This document shows positions 29,504 through 40,240 of a DNA stretch of 64,000 bases, piece after piece. Position 1 is the stretch's first letter. Each line of letters opens with the position of its first letter. This stretch comes from Candidatus Bathyarchaeota archaeon (GTDB lineage Archaea > Thermoproteota > Bathyarchaeia > Bathyarchaeales > Bathycorpusculaceae): positions 32,001-96,000 of the forward strand of contig CAVYXJ010000005.1 of the NCBI GenBank assembly GCA_963772455.1. Direction: 5' to 3'. The notes below the pieces were generated by a model that was given only the letters and a program-made list of their open reading frames with translations, was not told where the DNA came from and did no database searches. A program made the translations under genes and the position numbers.

Positions 29504-31126
29504 TATTCCACCATTACGCTATCGGATTTATTTAACCAATTCCTTGATTTGCAAACTGTTTTGCCAGCAAATTTGAATTGCAAGCAATCTTCACTGGGAC
29601 ACATTTCTACACATCGCAAACAGAAAATACATTGTGAAGACGCAACGTCTCCTTTTCTTTGTTCATAGACTTCTTTTACTTGGGTGGGGCAAACACGTTT
29701 GCATATGCCGCATTTAGTACATTTTTCTTCTACCTTATTTAGACGTACACCGCTGATCCATTTGAAGGGTGGAAAACGATTAAACAAGGCGATTAATCCT
29801 CCTAATGGACATATTTTGCACCATGATCGACGGAAGAAGAACGCCGCTACCGTAACTATTCCCAATATAATGATGTTGGTTGAGGTTATGAAATAACCTA
29901 GTTGCCAGAATTGCCCAGCGGTATCTTGAGTTATCCATTCTGGCTTCATCAATCCAACGCTTGTCTCTGTTAAGACACAAAGTGGTTTCATAGGGCAGAC
30001 TTGGCAGAATGGTGCTGAGAAATATTCGTAAACAAAGCCCCCTTTTTGGGTTCCAGCCACCAATTGTGTACCTGTTATGGCCTGAGAAGCAAAAACCACA
30101 CTTAAAATTATCAACAGTGCCAATATGAGGTAGCTTAACTGATGAAAACGCTCATTAAATCTGTCTGAGAAGTTACGCCGCTTAATCCGCAAAGCCTTTC
30201 GCAAACGCGTCATTAAATCAACATACAAGCCAAAAGGACATACCCAACCACAGAATACTCTACCCAAAACAACCGCTGCCAAAATGATTACTCCAAAAAC
30301 AATCGCTAACCTAGCCAAACCTGTAGAGTCATAATGAACTCCCCAACCACTACCAGCATTGAAGAAGGGGTAAATGTAAGCTTGAATTTGCCATAATGCG
30401 CACGTTACGGTTCTTCCGCATGGATAGAAACAGCCAAAGAAAGGCGCAGGAAAACCATCTGGCATATCTACTCCAAGAACATTGGTTCCTAATTCGATTT
30501 CATGAGCTGCAATTTGAGAGGCAGGCACAGGCAACATGTAGTGATCGATAAATATTCCAAAGAAAATGATGAATATCAAACCAACCTGGATGAGGAATCG
30601 GAAGGAACTTATTTTTCGGGTTTTGTTTCTTGTTCCAAAAAAAGCAATAATTCCCCCAACGCTGAGTAAAACAGCGGTTAAGCCAATAATTGACCAGTTA
30701 GCCTTGTAATTTATTGGTACACTCGGAGTTGGCGGCGGAGCATCAGGATTAGCGGGGTCAGTTACTTGGGCGAATAATCGGTCGCAGATGTGACCGTCTA
30801 TGGCGAATATGTTCCAGTATCCTGCCATGTCAAGTTTTTGGTTTACAGTAAAATTGCCTGTTACGGAATCCGTGAGTACATATTGTTCTATATAGGTGTA
30901 GTCTGGTCTGGTGAAAGCTACTCTTACCGTTTTGTTTAGATGCTGCCGGACACACTTGCCCTGACACCGTGACAGTTTCGTTGAGGTTAATTTGAGTTTT
31001 ATCTATATCTGCTGTTATGTGCGGTCCATAACAAGAATCTGCAGGGGCAACCTGTACACTTAGAAAATAAACAGCGATGAGGACAGCAATAGATAAACAG
31101 AAAACTGTTCGCTGTTTAATATTCAC
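29503..31126 (-). CDS. Membrane 4Fe-4S protein (NapH/MauN-like) with an N-terminal extracellular Ig-like domain (+1 frameshift near 30936; about 540 aa joined)
   Basis: GRVFCGWVCPFG, CQVCP, WCKICPLG and two CxxCxxCxxxCP motifs; removing one base joins CPAAS-NKTVRVAFTRPD...KLD-MAGYW. Confidence 0.85.
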
Positions 31127-31327
31127 TCACCCACATAGTCCCATATGGAATCTTTATCTTCATATATCTTTTCAAACAACCGCTAATTAATTTTTAGCTA
31201 ATTTTGTTTCTCACTTGAATTCAATTGGCTTGGAAATAAAACCTTTTTCGTAAAGATTTCTGGACTAACTCTTCAAAAAACAAAAATGAAAGTTTAGTTT
31301 TAAGAGTTTTTAATTCTTACTAATTTA

Positions 31328-32548
31328 TCATTTCATAATTTCAGAGATTTTTTTAAAAGCCAAAACTAAAGGTACAATTGCTACAGAAATTGCTGCTGAA
31401 ACCAAGAAAGCCAACCCATTAAATCCAGCTGAAACGCCAATAGAAAATACAGTCGCAGCTAAAACAGGTGAAATGGTTTGCGCCAACCCAGCAATTGCCC
31501 AAGCAACACCTAATGCTCCACCTTGAGCGTTTTCAGGAGTATTTGTAGAAATCAAAGTGTTTAAAGTAACGATTTGTATTCCAAAACCAATGGAAATCAC
31601 CGCTGCAACCGCTAACATAACAGCGAAATTTGGTACAATCGACAAAGCTACAAGCCCAACTATCAAAAAAAGGATACCCAGCAATGTTATACTTAATCTG
31701 TTTAATCTCTTCCCAAGAATTGGCAAAAGGACTGCCTGAGTAAACACACTTATCCCACCGAAAAAAAAGAAAACCAGCCCCGTTTGAAATGCACCAAACC
31801 CAAAAACCGCCTGTAGCCAAGGCGACAAAGATGCCTGAAGAAAAACAAACGAAACAAAAAACAAGAAATAAATTGCCAACAACAAAACAATTTTCCGTTT
31901 CCTTAAAACACTTATTAAAGCGTCCAAAGAAACCACGGTTCTCTTTATGTTGAAACTAACTGGTTCAGGCAACAGAAAATAAGCTGAAACCAAGTTAGCA
32001 AAAGCCAGAGCTGAAGCCAAAAAAGAAGGCACACCGTAACCAAAAAGGCTGCTTAGAGTTCCACCAATTGCTGGACCCAAAATAAAAGCTAACCCTGCAG
32101 CAGCACCCAGAAGTCCCAAGTACCTTAACCTTTCATTTTTAGTAGTGAGGTCTGCAACGTAAGCTTGCGCAACTGGAACAGTAGCAGCGGTAGTTCCTGA
32201 TAGCATTCTACCCAAAAACATAAGCCAAATACCTTGGGACGCACCAAACAAGAAATAACTGAAGCTTGACACTGCCAACGCTGAAAGCAAAATTTTTCGG
32301 CGTCCATAGCGGTCGCTCAAACGTGCAAGAAGAGGGGTGAAAACAAAGGACATTAGGCTGTACGAAGCCAAAAGGACGCCATAAAGGAATGTAGAACCAC
32401 CAAGCGAAAGCACGTAGAAGTACAAGTAGGGCACGACAATGGCAAAACCCAAGTTATCGAGAAACACAACCGAAAACAAGATTGCAGAGACAGAACGGTT
32501 AACGGAAACTCCGCTAAATGCCTTATCATTGTTGGACAAAAAGTTCAC
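31328..32548 (-). CDS. MFS transporter (TetA/DHA1-like)
   Basis: LSDRYGRR motif A, GPAIGG motif C, 12 TMs. Confidence 0.9.
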   Translation of the reverse strand: MNFLSNNDKAFSGVSVNRSVSAILFSVVFLDNLGFAIVVPYLYFYVLSLGGSTFLYGVLLASYSLMSFVFTPLLARLSDRYGRRKILLSALAVSSFSYFLFGASQGIWLMFLGRMLSGTTAATVPVAQAYVADLTTKNERLRYLGLLGAAAGLAFILGPAIGGTLSSLFGYGVPSFLASALAFANLVSAYFLLPEPVSFNIKRTVVSLDALISVLRKRKIVLLLAIYFLFFVSFVFLQASLSPWLQAVFGFGAFQTGLVFFFFGGISVFTQAVLLPILGKRLNRLSITLLGILFLIVGLVALSIVPNFAVMLAVAAVISIGFGIQIVTLNTLISTNTPENAQGGALGVAWAIAGLAQTISPVLAATVFSIGVSAGFNGLAFLVSAAISVAIVPLVLAFKKISEIMK

Positions 32549-32713
32549 TAACTAAATTAGTCTAATTAAGCAAATAAGCGTTTTTCTAAGCTGTCTGCCC
32601 AAATGAAATAAGAAAAATAATAGTCACCAATAAGATGACTTAAAAAAAAATTATAAGTGAAGAAAGGAAAATGGCGCGTTGATTCATGTGACCTATTGAT
32701 TATAGGGGCAGTT

Positions 32714-33217
32714 TTATGTTTGATGTTGTTTAATGAATTTGGCAAAGCTTATGATTTCTAAGTCGCCTTTGCATCTGGAACAAGTGCTTGGGATTTCCGA
32801 TGATTTTCCACCAATTTTTATTGGTGCACCACAATGGCAACAGTAGATTGTTAGTGTTTGTCCTTTATCAGAAAGTCTTTTTGTGAGGGCAGCTGCTTCT
32901 TTTTGTTCTTCAGATAATTCATTTTTCTTTTTTAAGCTTGCTTTTTGTTCGGTTGAGAAGTTTCTACAAGTTTCGGCTTGAACAAAATACGTATTAAACC
33001 CAGCTTTCACCGGCACCAATTTCTGCCCAGTTTTCCCGCAGGACTCATCATCAAAAAGACCGCAATCTTCACAGGTCTTCTTTGAACTATACTCCTTCTG
33101 AAGTTTCCACAAACAATCCGCACAGTAAGTATGTTCTTCTTTGTTAATGTTTACTGTTAGGCCTTTGCCAGAGAAGGTTTTTTGGCATCCATAACATTCT
33201 GACCGCATAATGTTCAC
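32714..33217 (-). CDS. Cys-rich multi-zinc-ribbon hypothetical protein
   Basis: CYGC, CADC, CEDC, CCHC and CSRC pairs. Confidence 0.7.
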   Translation of the reverse strand: MNIMRSECYGCQKTFSGKGLTVNINKEEHTYCADCLWKLQKEYSSKKTCEDCGLFDDESCGKTGQKLVPVKAGFNTYFVQAETCRNFSTEQKASLKKKNELSEEQKEAAALTKRLSDKGQTLTIYCCHCGAPIKIGGKSSEIPSTCSRCKGDLEIISFAKFIKQHQT

Positions 33218-33352
33218 GTTAAAAACTAATATTTGTTGGGCTTTTATTTATTGTTTGATTAGACATTTACGGAAATGTTCGTAACTCAGCCTAACACCGT
33301 TTAAATAATTCGGTTTTAGACTCATTTTCGTATAAGCCAATGATGGACTTAT

Positions 33353-34261
33353 TTACTTAACGATTTCTTCCCAGCTTGCCACCCGATCAAGAACTTCCTG
33401 CCCAGGTTTTCCGCCATAACTCTTCAATCGTTCTCTTAACTGAATATCCTCAACCACAGCTTTCTGGAAGTCAAGCATCTGACTTGCTCCATCAGTTAAA
33501 TATAGAAATCCATCTGCTCCGGCTCTTGCACAACGAACACTGGTGGTAAGAACTTCAGCTGGGGTAGGCACATCCTTCGGGCTATCACCTGGACCATAAA
33601 CGTACAGACTTATGTAAAATGGTTTTTTAAGCAACTTTTTGAAGTTGCGTGCAAGCATTTCAAAATACCATGGCGTAGCATAGTTCTTACTAAACATAAC
33701 AACATTGAAAGCATCAGCGTATTTTGCTAAATCGTCAAAGTCTACCCCATAACGTTCGTACGAAGTTACGGAGTCTGGTTGAATTGACAAAATAAGTTCC
33801 TTTTTTACCACATCGCGTATTTGACCAATGTAATTGGTGACTTCTTTTCTCCGCCATTCAAGCCAACCAAGTCCGCTTTTCTGCCATAAATCTTTGCAAC
33901 GTGGACATGTGCAATGGTCGTGGTCAGCAAAGTATTGACTGTTTAAGCATATTCCAGAAGACTGTCGATCAACTTCTGCAATATATTTTAATTGTTCAGC
34001 TCTATGTTCAGGTTGTGTAGCGCACACAACATCCCAATAAATATTAAAATTCGCATTTCCCATCTTGGCTGGACCCAACGGAGACTGAGAAATCCAATCT
34101 GGATGATTTCGGACTGCGACATTGTCAGCGAAAACAGCAATGTTGCTAATCATATCTGGAACTGGAGTAAGCCTGATACCTGTTTCGAGTTTTAATCGTA
34201 AAACGTGAAAGTCGAAACCTTGAGGTTTTTGTGGTTGAAATGTGAATGAGCCAAACTTCAT
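33353..34261 (-). CDS. Hypothetical protein, probable glycoside-hydrolase-like TIM barrel
   Basis: HPDW, HCTCPRC...W, W.EWR, YGVDF..L; the fold is inferred from resemblance only. Confidence 0.5.
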   Translation of the reverse strand: MKFGSFTFQPQKPQGFDFHVLRLKLETGIRLTPVPDMISNIAVFADNVAVRNHPDWISQSPLGPAKMGNANFNIYWDVVCATQPEHRAEQLKYIAEVDRQSSGICLNSQYFADHDHCTCPRCKDLWQKSGLGWLEWRRKEVTNYIGQIRDVVKKELILSIQPDSVTSYERYGVDFDDLAKYADAFNVVMFSKNYATPWYFEMLARNFKKLLKKPFYISLYVYGPGDSPKDVPTPAEVLTTSVRCARAGADGFLYLTDGASQMLDFQKAVVEDIQLRERLKSYGGKPGQEVLDRVASWEEIVK

Positions 34262-34672
34262 AAGTATGCACCTTTTACCGCAAAGAAGTGCTGTTGATAT
34301 TATAAGGTTTTTGTGAAAACGATAAAATAGATGGATTTATTTTTGTGTCTTGTTTCTTATGGCGGCAAGTTGGAGTTTGCTATTAAGGTGTTTTATTGCA
34401 TTAAATTTGTAAATTTGGTAAAATGTTGTAATAATTACTTAATTTTGGTTTTTTTACGTCTTTATTTTAATCTTATTTTTGGACATCTTTTTAATGTTAA
34501 TGTTTTTTTCGGAAGAATAGTGTGCATTAGTCACGATTTATAGCATAATAGTGAACGTTTGTTAATAATATGTTAAAATCGTTTTTCACATGAGTATATT
34601 TTAAATAGAAGAGTGTTTATTTGTAGAGATAATAACCAAAAAGTTAAACGAATGTTAAAGAGGAAAATGAAA

Positions 34673-35980
34673 ATGTCATCAGGAGACATATCTTGGATAA
34701 TAACGGCAACAGCCCTAGTCATGTTAATGACACCAGCATTAGGCTTCTTTTACGGAGGCCTAGTACGCAAAAAAAACTTAGTATCAACAATCGTTCAATG
34801 CTTCGTTATCTTCGCAGTCATAAGCATAGTTTGGGCACTCTGGGGCTATAGCCTAGTATTTGGACAATCAATCAACGGCATCATAGGCTTCAGCCCATCA
34901 CTACTGGGCTTGGGCACTCTTGGCATACACGACGTAAATTCAGCCCTAGCACCTGCAATACCTGAACTCCTATTCTTCGCCTTCCAGCTAAAGTTCGCCG
35001 CAATCACACCAGCACTAATAATCGGTGCCTGCGCAGAACGATTCCGCTTCAGATCACTACTAATCTTCATGGTTTTGTGGTCAACACTCATCTACGCTCC
35101 AATAGCTCACTGGGTATGGAACCCAAGCGGATGGCTACGAGCCTTTGGCGCCATCGACTTCGCTGGAGGCATTGTAGTACACATTTCCGCAGGTTTGTCT
35201 GCCCTTGCAGCAGCACTAGTTATTGGTAGAAGAAAAGGAGACTCATGTCCAGCCCCACAAGGAAGTTCAATTCCATGGAAAGCCCATATGCAAAAACTTG
35301 ATTCCCCACCACCCGCCTTCAAACCAACTAACATTCCATACGTGCTACTTGGTGCAGCTCTGCTATGGTTTGGCTGGTTCGGATTCAACGCAGGAAGTGC
35401 ACTTGCTGCAAACGATCTTGCAGTCTCAGCTTTAGTAACAACAAACATTGCGGCAGCGGCAGCGGCAGTAAGTTGGATGATTGCCGACTGGTTGAAAAAG
35501 GGAAAACCCTCAGCAGTAGGTATAGCAATTGGCGCAGTAGTTGGGTTAGTCGCTATTACACCAGCAGCAGGCTATGTGAGCGTTTCATCAGCATTGATAA
35601 TTGGTTTGGCAGCAGGAATAATATCAAACTTGGTAGCCGGTTGGAGAGCAGGCAGATCAAAAATTGACGATACACTAGACGTATTCGCATGCCACGGAAT
35701 CGGGGGGATATGGGGTTCCCTCGCAACAGGTCTCTTCGCATCAGCAGCTATCAGCGTAGCAATAGATGTTCCAGGAATAAACGGTCTATTCTTTGGAAAC
35801 CCAGGTCAACTACTCGCACAAGTACTAGCAGTTGCCATAGTGGTACCGTTTGCGTTCTTTGGCTCCTACTTGCTGCTTAAACTGGTGAACGTGTTTTCAC
35901 CATTAAGAGTTAGCGAAAAAGCAGAAGACGCAGGCTTAGACCTTGCAGAACATGGCGAAGAAGCCTTTCAACTAGAATAG
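34673..35980 (+). CDS. amtB: Ammonium transporter
   Basis: FYGGLVR.KN, FQLKFA, DFAGGIVVH, WFGWFGFNAGS, DDTLDVF..HG, GLD.AEHGE.A; start moved to ATG 34673. Confidence 0.97.
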   Translation: MSSGDISWIITATALVMLMTPALGFFYGGLVRKKNLVSTIVQCFVIFAVISIVWALWGYSLVFGQSINGIIGFSPSLLGLGTLGIHDVNSALAPAIPELLFFAFQLKFAAITPALIIGACAERFRFRSLLIFMVLWSTLIYAPIAHWVWNPSGWLRAFGAIDFAGGIVVHISAGLSALAAALVIGRRKGDSCPAPQGSSIPWKAHMQKLDSPPPAFKPTNIPYVLLGAALLWFGWFGFNAGSALAANDLAVSALVTTNIAAAAAAVSWMIADWLKKGKPSAVGIAIGAVVGLVAITPAAGYVSVSSALIIGLAAGIISNLVAGWRAGRSKIDDTLDVFACHGIGGIWGSLATGLFASAAISVAIDVPGINGLFFGNPGQLLAQVLAVAIVVPFAFFGSYLLLKLVNVFSPLRVSEKAEDAGLDLAEHGEEAFQLE

Positions 35981-36250
35981 CACATTTCTGTGCTTAATTT
36001 TTTCCTTTTTTTGTTAAATGGTAAAGCATTTTTCTATTCTTAAATTTGACAAGATGTTGTTGAAAACCCTATTCTTTGGACAATTTTGCGAATTAAGCGT
36101 TCAACATTAGAATTATTCGCATGAATATATCGTTTATTCCTAACAGATTGGACATTTATCTATATTTAGCCTTCAATTCAATTCGAATGTATAGTTTAAA
36201 TATTTGATTGTACAAAAAAGGGGAATAACTAAGCGCAAAAAGGGGAAAAC

Positions 36251-37541
36251 ATGTCCTACAATCCAGCTGATGTCGCATGGGTTCTAACCTCAACAGCTCT
36301 AGTCATGTTGATGACACCAGCCCTAGCATTCTTCTACGGTGGCTTAGTTCGAAGAAAGAACCTTGTTTCAACACTAGTTCAATGCATAGCTATTTTTGCT
36401 GTAGTAAGCCTAGTTTGGTTCTTTTGGGGTTATAGTCTAGTATTTGGCCCTAGCGTTGGCGGAGTCATCGGAAATCTGTCTCTTGTCGGCTTAAATGGCA
36501 TCACAATAAATCAAGTTAACACTACATATGCGTCGGGCATTCCAGAAATCTTGTTCTTCGCATTCCAACTTAAATTCGCAGCAATTACCCCCGCTTTAAT
36601 CATAGGTGCTTGCGCCGAAAGAATCCGCTTTAGATCTTTGCTAATATTTGTATTATTGTGGTCCACTCTCATATATTCACCAATTGCACACTGGCTTTGG
36701 AACGTTAACGGCTGGTTGCATGTTTTAGGTGCTTGGGATTTTGCAGGTGGCATAGTGGTACACGTAGCTGCAGGACTTGTCAGCGTTGGCAGCAGCTCTA
36801 ATTGTTGGCAGAAGAAAGGGTTGTGTTTACTGGAAAGACCAGATGAAAGCATTAGATCGAAAAGAACCTGGCGCACCAGCAATGGGCACTGAATTCAAAC
36901 CAACAAACATTCCCTATGTCATTTTAGGTGCAGGTTTACTTTGGTTTGGCTGGTTCGGATTCAACGGAGGCAGCGCCTTAGCCGCCGATAGTATTGCTAT
37001 TTCTGCCGTCATTGCTACTAACTTGGCGGCGGCAGCAGCAGCGGTAAGTTGGATGCTTTTAGATTGGCTAATAAAAGGCAAACCTTCAGCAATCGGAATC
37101 TCAGTCGGCGCAGTATGCGGAATGGCTGCAGTTACTGCAGCGGCAGGTTACATTAATTTCACATCAGCAGTCATCATTGGATTAGCTGCAGGAATAATTT
37201 CGAATTTGGTGGCTAACTGGCGTGCTGGCAGATCCAAAATCGATGACACCCTTGATGTTTTTGCTTGCCATGGAATTGGCGGAATTATTGGTGCAGTATC
37301 AGTTGGTTTGTTTGCAACTGCTGCAGTTAATCCAGCTGTACGTGGGATATTCGATGGTAACACAGCTCTACTTGGAATTCAAGTTCTCGCAGTTGTGGTT
37401 GTAGCTGTTTTTTCGTTTGCTGGTTCTTATTTACTATTGAGGTTAGTGGATGTGTTTTCTCCGATTAGGGTAAGTGCAAAAGAAGAGGATGAAGGCTTGG
37501 ATATGAGCCAGCACGGCGAAGAAGCTTATAACCTTGACTAA
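36251..37541 (+). CDS. amtB: Ammonium transporter, second copy (+1 frameshift near 36776; about 429 aa joined)
   Basis: Same Amt motifs; removing C36776 joins HVAAG to LSALAAAL. Confidence 0.93.
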
Positions 37542-37693
37542 TTTTTTTGGGGCAGTACAGTGATAAATCGGTTATTTGAGGAGCAAAAAATCTGAAAAAA
37601 TAAGCTTCTCCTGCAAGGGTTTTTTTGAGTGCCAAAATTACGAAGGTTGAGACTGGTTAAGCATATATAGCGAATGTTAACAATTTCTTTTGG

Positions 37694-38275
37694 TTGACCC
37701 TTAGAATGGACGCTTTCTCCTACGTTTCGGGTTTCACGACTGTTGTACTTGCATTAGGCGTTGCAAGGCTGTTAGTTGGGGTGGGAAGATTATTAGAAAA
37801 GCGTGGCTTAACCCGTTTGTATTGGGTTCATTTAGTCTGGGTAGTCAATACTTTCTTATTTTTAGCATTGCAATGGTGGATCCTGTTTCGGTGGCAGAGT
37901 GAAACAGAATGGACATTTTTCTTATTCATCTTTTTGTTAGCAAGTCCTACAGTGGTTTTTCTCCTATGTGTAATGCTATTTCACGACCCCATAAGTGAAC
38001 ATACAGATTTTAAAAGCCATTTCTACCAAAGCAGACGTGCATTCTTTACACTCGCAACTTTTCTAAGTCCATTAGATTTCGTAGATACATGGCTAAAAGG
38101 AACCTCACACCTTATCGCACAAGGTCCATTTTACTTTGTCACAATAGCGTTAACAACTGTGCTAAGCATAATAGCAGCTACAACTAACAACGAAAAATAC
38201 CATAAATTTTATGCAGTATTTTTCCTAATCTACATAACAATATTCATTAGTGTCAACTTAAGTGCCCTGCAATAA
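37694..38275 (+). CDS. Hypothetical membrane protein
   Basis: About 6 TMs; LYWVH..W, QWW. Confidence 0.7.
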   Translation: MTLRMDAFSYVSGFTTVVLALGVARLLVGVGRLLEKRGLTRLYWVHLVWVVNTFLFLALQWWILFRWQSETEWTFFLFIFLLASPTVVFLLCVMLFHDPISEHTDFKSHFYQSRRAFFTLATFLSPLDFVDTWLKGTSHLIAQGPFYFVTIALTTVLSIIAATTNNEKYHKFYAVFFLIYITIFISVNLSALQ

Positions 38276-38323
38276 AGCTCAATCTTCCCTCGCATATCTA
38301 CCAACATTTTCTGACATTTCTTT

Positions 38324-39622
38324 TCATCTACCACTTTTTTCATGCATAATTTTTCTGGTAACCCTCAAAGACAAAGCCGCAGCAGTTAACATAGTTGGTA
38401 AACCTTGAGAACGAGGCATTAACGAAAGGTCAGCAACCCAAAGATCTTGAGGTAACCATGATGGATGCATTGTTTTTACATCGTCTTTAGTTAAAGGTAC
38501 CGTGCCGCCAAGATGACCTCCATGAATCATGCCGTCAACGAAGGGTCCCATTACTCCTGACGCTTCCATTATCAATTTTGCTTCAGCTTTCGCTTTACTT
38601 AGATTCGCGTGGTCTGCTTTAGTTAGAGATTTTGTTACTGAGCCGTCGGCTGCAACAGAACCTTGTTCAGTGTCTGCAAGTTTAATCATCATGCCAACTC
38701 TGTCTTGCATTGATACATCTTTCCAGGGTTTGTGAAACCAAAAAGAGAGCAGATCGAAATATGGTGATAGAATGTAGTTTTCTTTTTTTATAAACCAATT
38801 CATGGGAGGTTCATTTAGCATATGAGAATTCTTTAATACTCCACCGATAGTGAGGACAACATCAACCCATAGATTTTCTTTTGGAACTAAATTTGACCAT
38901 TGCAAAATCTGGGCAGTGCCGATACCACCTGCCGATAAGATGACGACATCAGCTTCGAGTTTTTCTGTTGAAGATCCATGAGAAAACTGGACTCCGCAAG
39001 CATGCTTTCCATCCAAGAGTATCTTTTGGACTTTGGCATGAGTGATAAGTGAGATACCTTTTCCCAAGTAATCTCTGTAGACCCTTCTACTATCCCATTT
39101 GGCTCCGGTTATGCAGCCTAATTCGCAGTATCCGCAACCTATACATTTGCTTAAGTCAGAAACTTTTGGTGTTGGTTTTGGCCTATACCCTAATTGTTCA
39201 GCTTTATCGTACATTTGCTGCGTAAGAGGGCGCCATCTTTCCCTGGGTATAGGTAAGATTTTTAGGGTTTTCTCGATTTCTTCGTATTCTGAAGATAGGT
39301 CAAGACCGATTTCCTTAAGACCATTTTCAGCCCTCACCATGTTACCGCATGCAATTGATGTACAACCACCTTCTGTTACACCTCTGAAAATTGCCAAATC
39401 TTGGCTTGAACGAGTAACATCATAATGTGGAAAAAGATGTTTGATTGAGCTCTCATCTTTAAGAAACCAAGAACCCCTCAAAGAACTTAGCCATGAAACT
39501 TTGTGCGTGAGAGGATCAAAAGGCTTTCCTGCCTCTAAGATTATAACTTCAAAACCATTCTGGACCAGTTCTCGTGCTGCCACTGCCCCTCCAGCTCCAG
39601 ATCCAACCACAATCGCTTTCAA
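38324..39622 (-). CDS. GMC-family FAD oxidoreductase with a Cys cluster
   Basis: GSGAGG FAD motif, C.GCG.C..GC, LSAGGIGT, H.GGT, VADLSLMP...G.PT.LT. Confidence 0.9.
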   Translation of the reverse strand: MKAIVVGSGAGGAVAARELVQNGFEVIILEAGKPFDPLTHKVSWLSSLRGSWFLKDESSIKHLFPHYDVTRSSQDLAIFRGVTEGGCTSIACGNMVRAENGLKEIGLDLSSEYEEIEKTLKILPIPRERWRPLTQQMYDKAEQLGYRPKPTPKVSDLSKCIGCGYCELGCITGAKWDSRRVYRDYLGKGISLITHAKVQKILLDGKHACGVQFSHGSSTEKLEADVVILSAGGIGTAQILQWSNLVPKENLWVDVVLTIGGVLKNSHMLNEPPMNWFIKKENYILSPYFDLLSFWFHKPWKDVSMQDRVGMMIKLADTEQGSVAADGSVTKSLTKADHANLSKAKAEAKLIMEASGVMGPFVDGMIHGGHLGGTVPLTKDDVKTMHPSWLPQDLWVADLSLMPRSQGLPTMLTAAALSLRVTRKIMHEKSGR

Positions 39623-40240
39623 GTCACAGTCACTTCTCCACTAAAGTGAATATCGGCTCTACAATTTTTACAGCCTTTGGTCATGAATTCTCCAAACTTC
39701 ATTGTTACGTTTGGTTGTAATCCTTCAATGACTCCTTCGTCGGTGGCGCTTAAGATCTCACAAGTAAGCTTAGAATATTGCTTTGCCAAAGCACATCGAT
39801 AAATAATTATTTTTACGTTTGATTTATCAACCCATTCTAAATGAAATTCTATTCCTAGTATGCGATATAGAATTTTAGCTGCTTTAGTTAAATCTCTTGG
39901 ACTATTGCCGACGCCAAGTTTAGCACGAGTTTGTTTGCCTAAGTCTTGCCCTACTGAAAACAAAGCTTTTCTGCCAAGTCTGATAGTTTCTTCGTGTCCA
40001 ATTGCACTTTCTAATGCTTCAACTAGGTATGATTGAGTTTGAGCCATAATTGTTCTTTGTTCGTTAATATTTTTTGCAGGTCTGCTGTTTTTGGTTCTCT
40101 ATGTTAAAGCTATTAAGTGTATTTTTTGTGAGTAAGGTTTTGAGCGCTGTTGTTGTTTGGTCAGATATGTTTTTGAGTTCTTTGCGAATGATGTATTTTG
40201 GCGTCCACCAAGCCAAGAGGAGAAGTCTAAGACCCAGCAT
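39619..40240 (-). CDS. V4R / ATC-hydrolase-like small ligand-binding protein (+1 frameshift near 40073; about 206 aa joined)
   Basis: ATG 40240 overlaps the upstream TAA; MLGLRLLLLAWWTP... joins the 142-aa ORF; RC.L, TCEIL...DEG..EG, G...C pattern. Confidence 0.65.
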
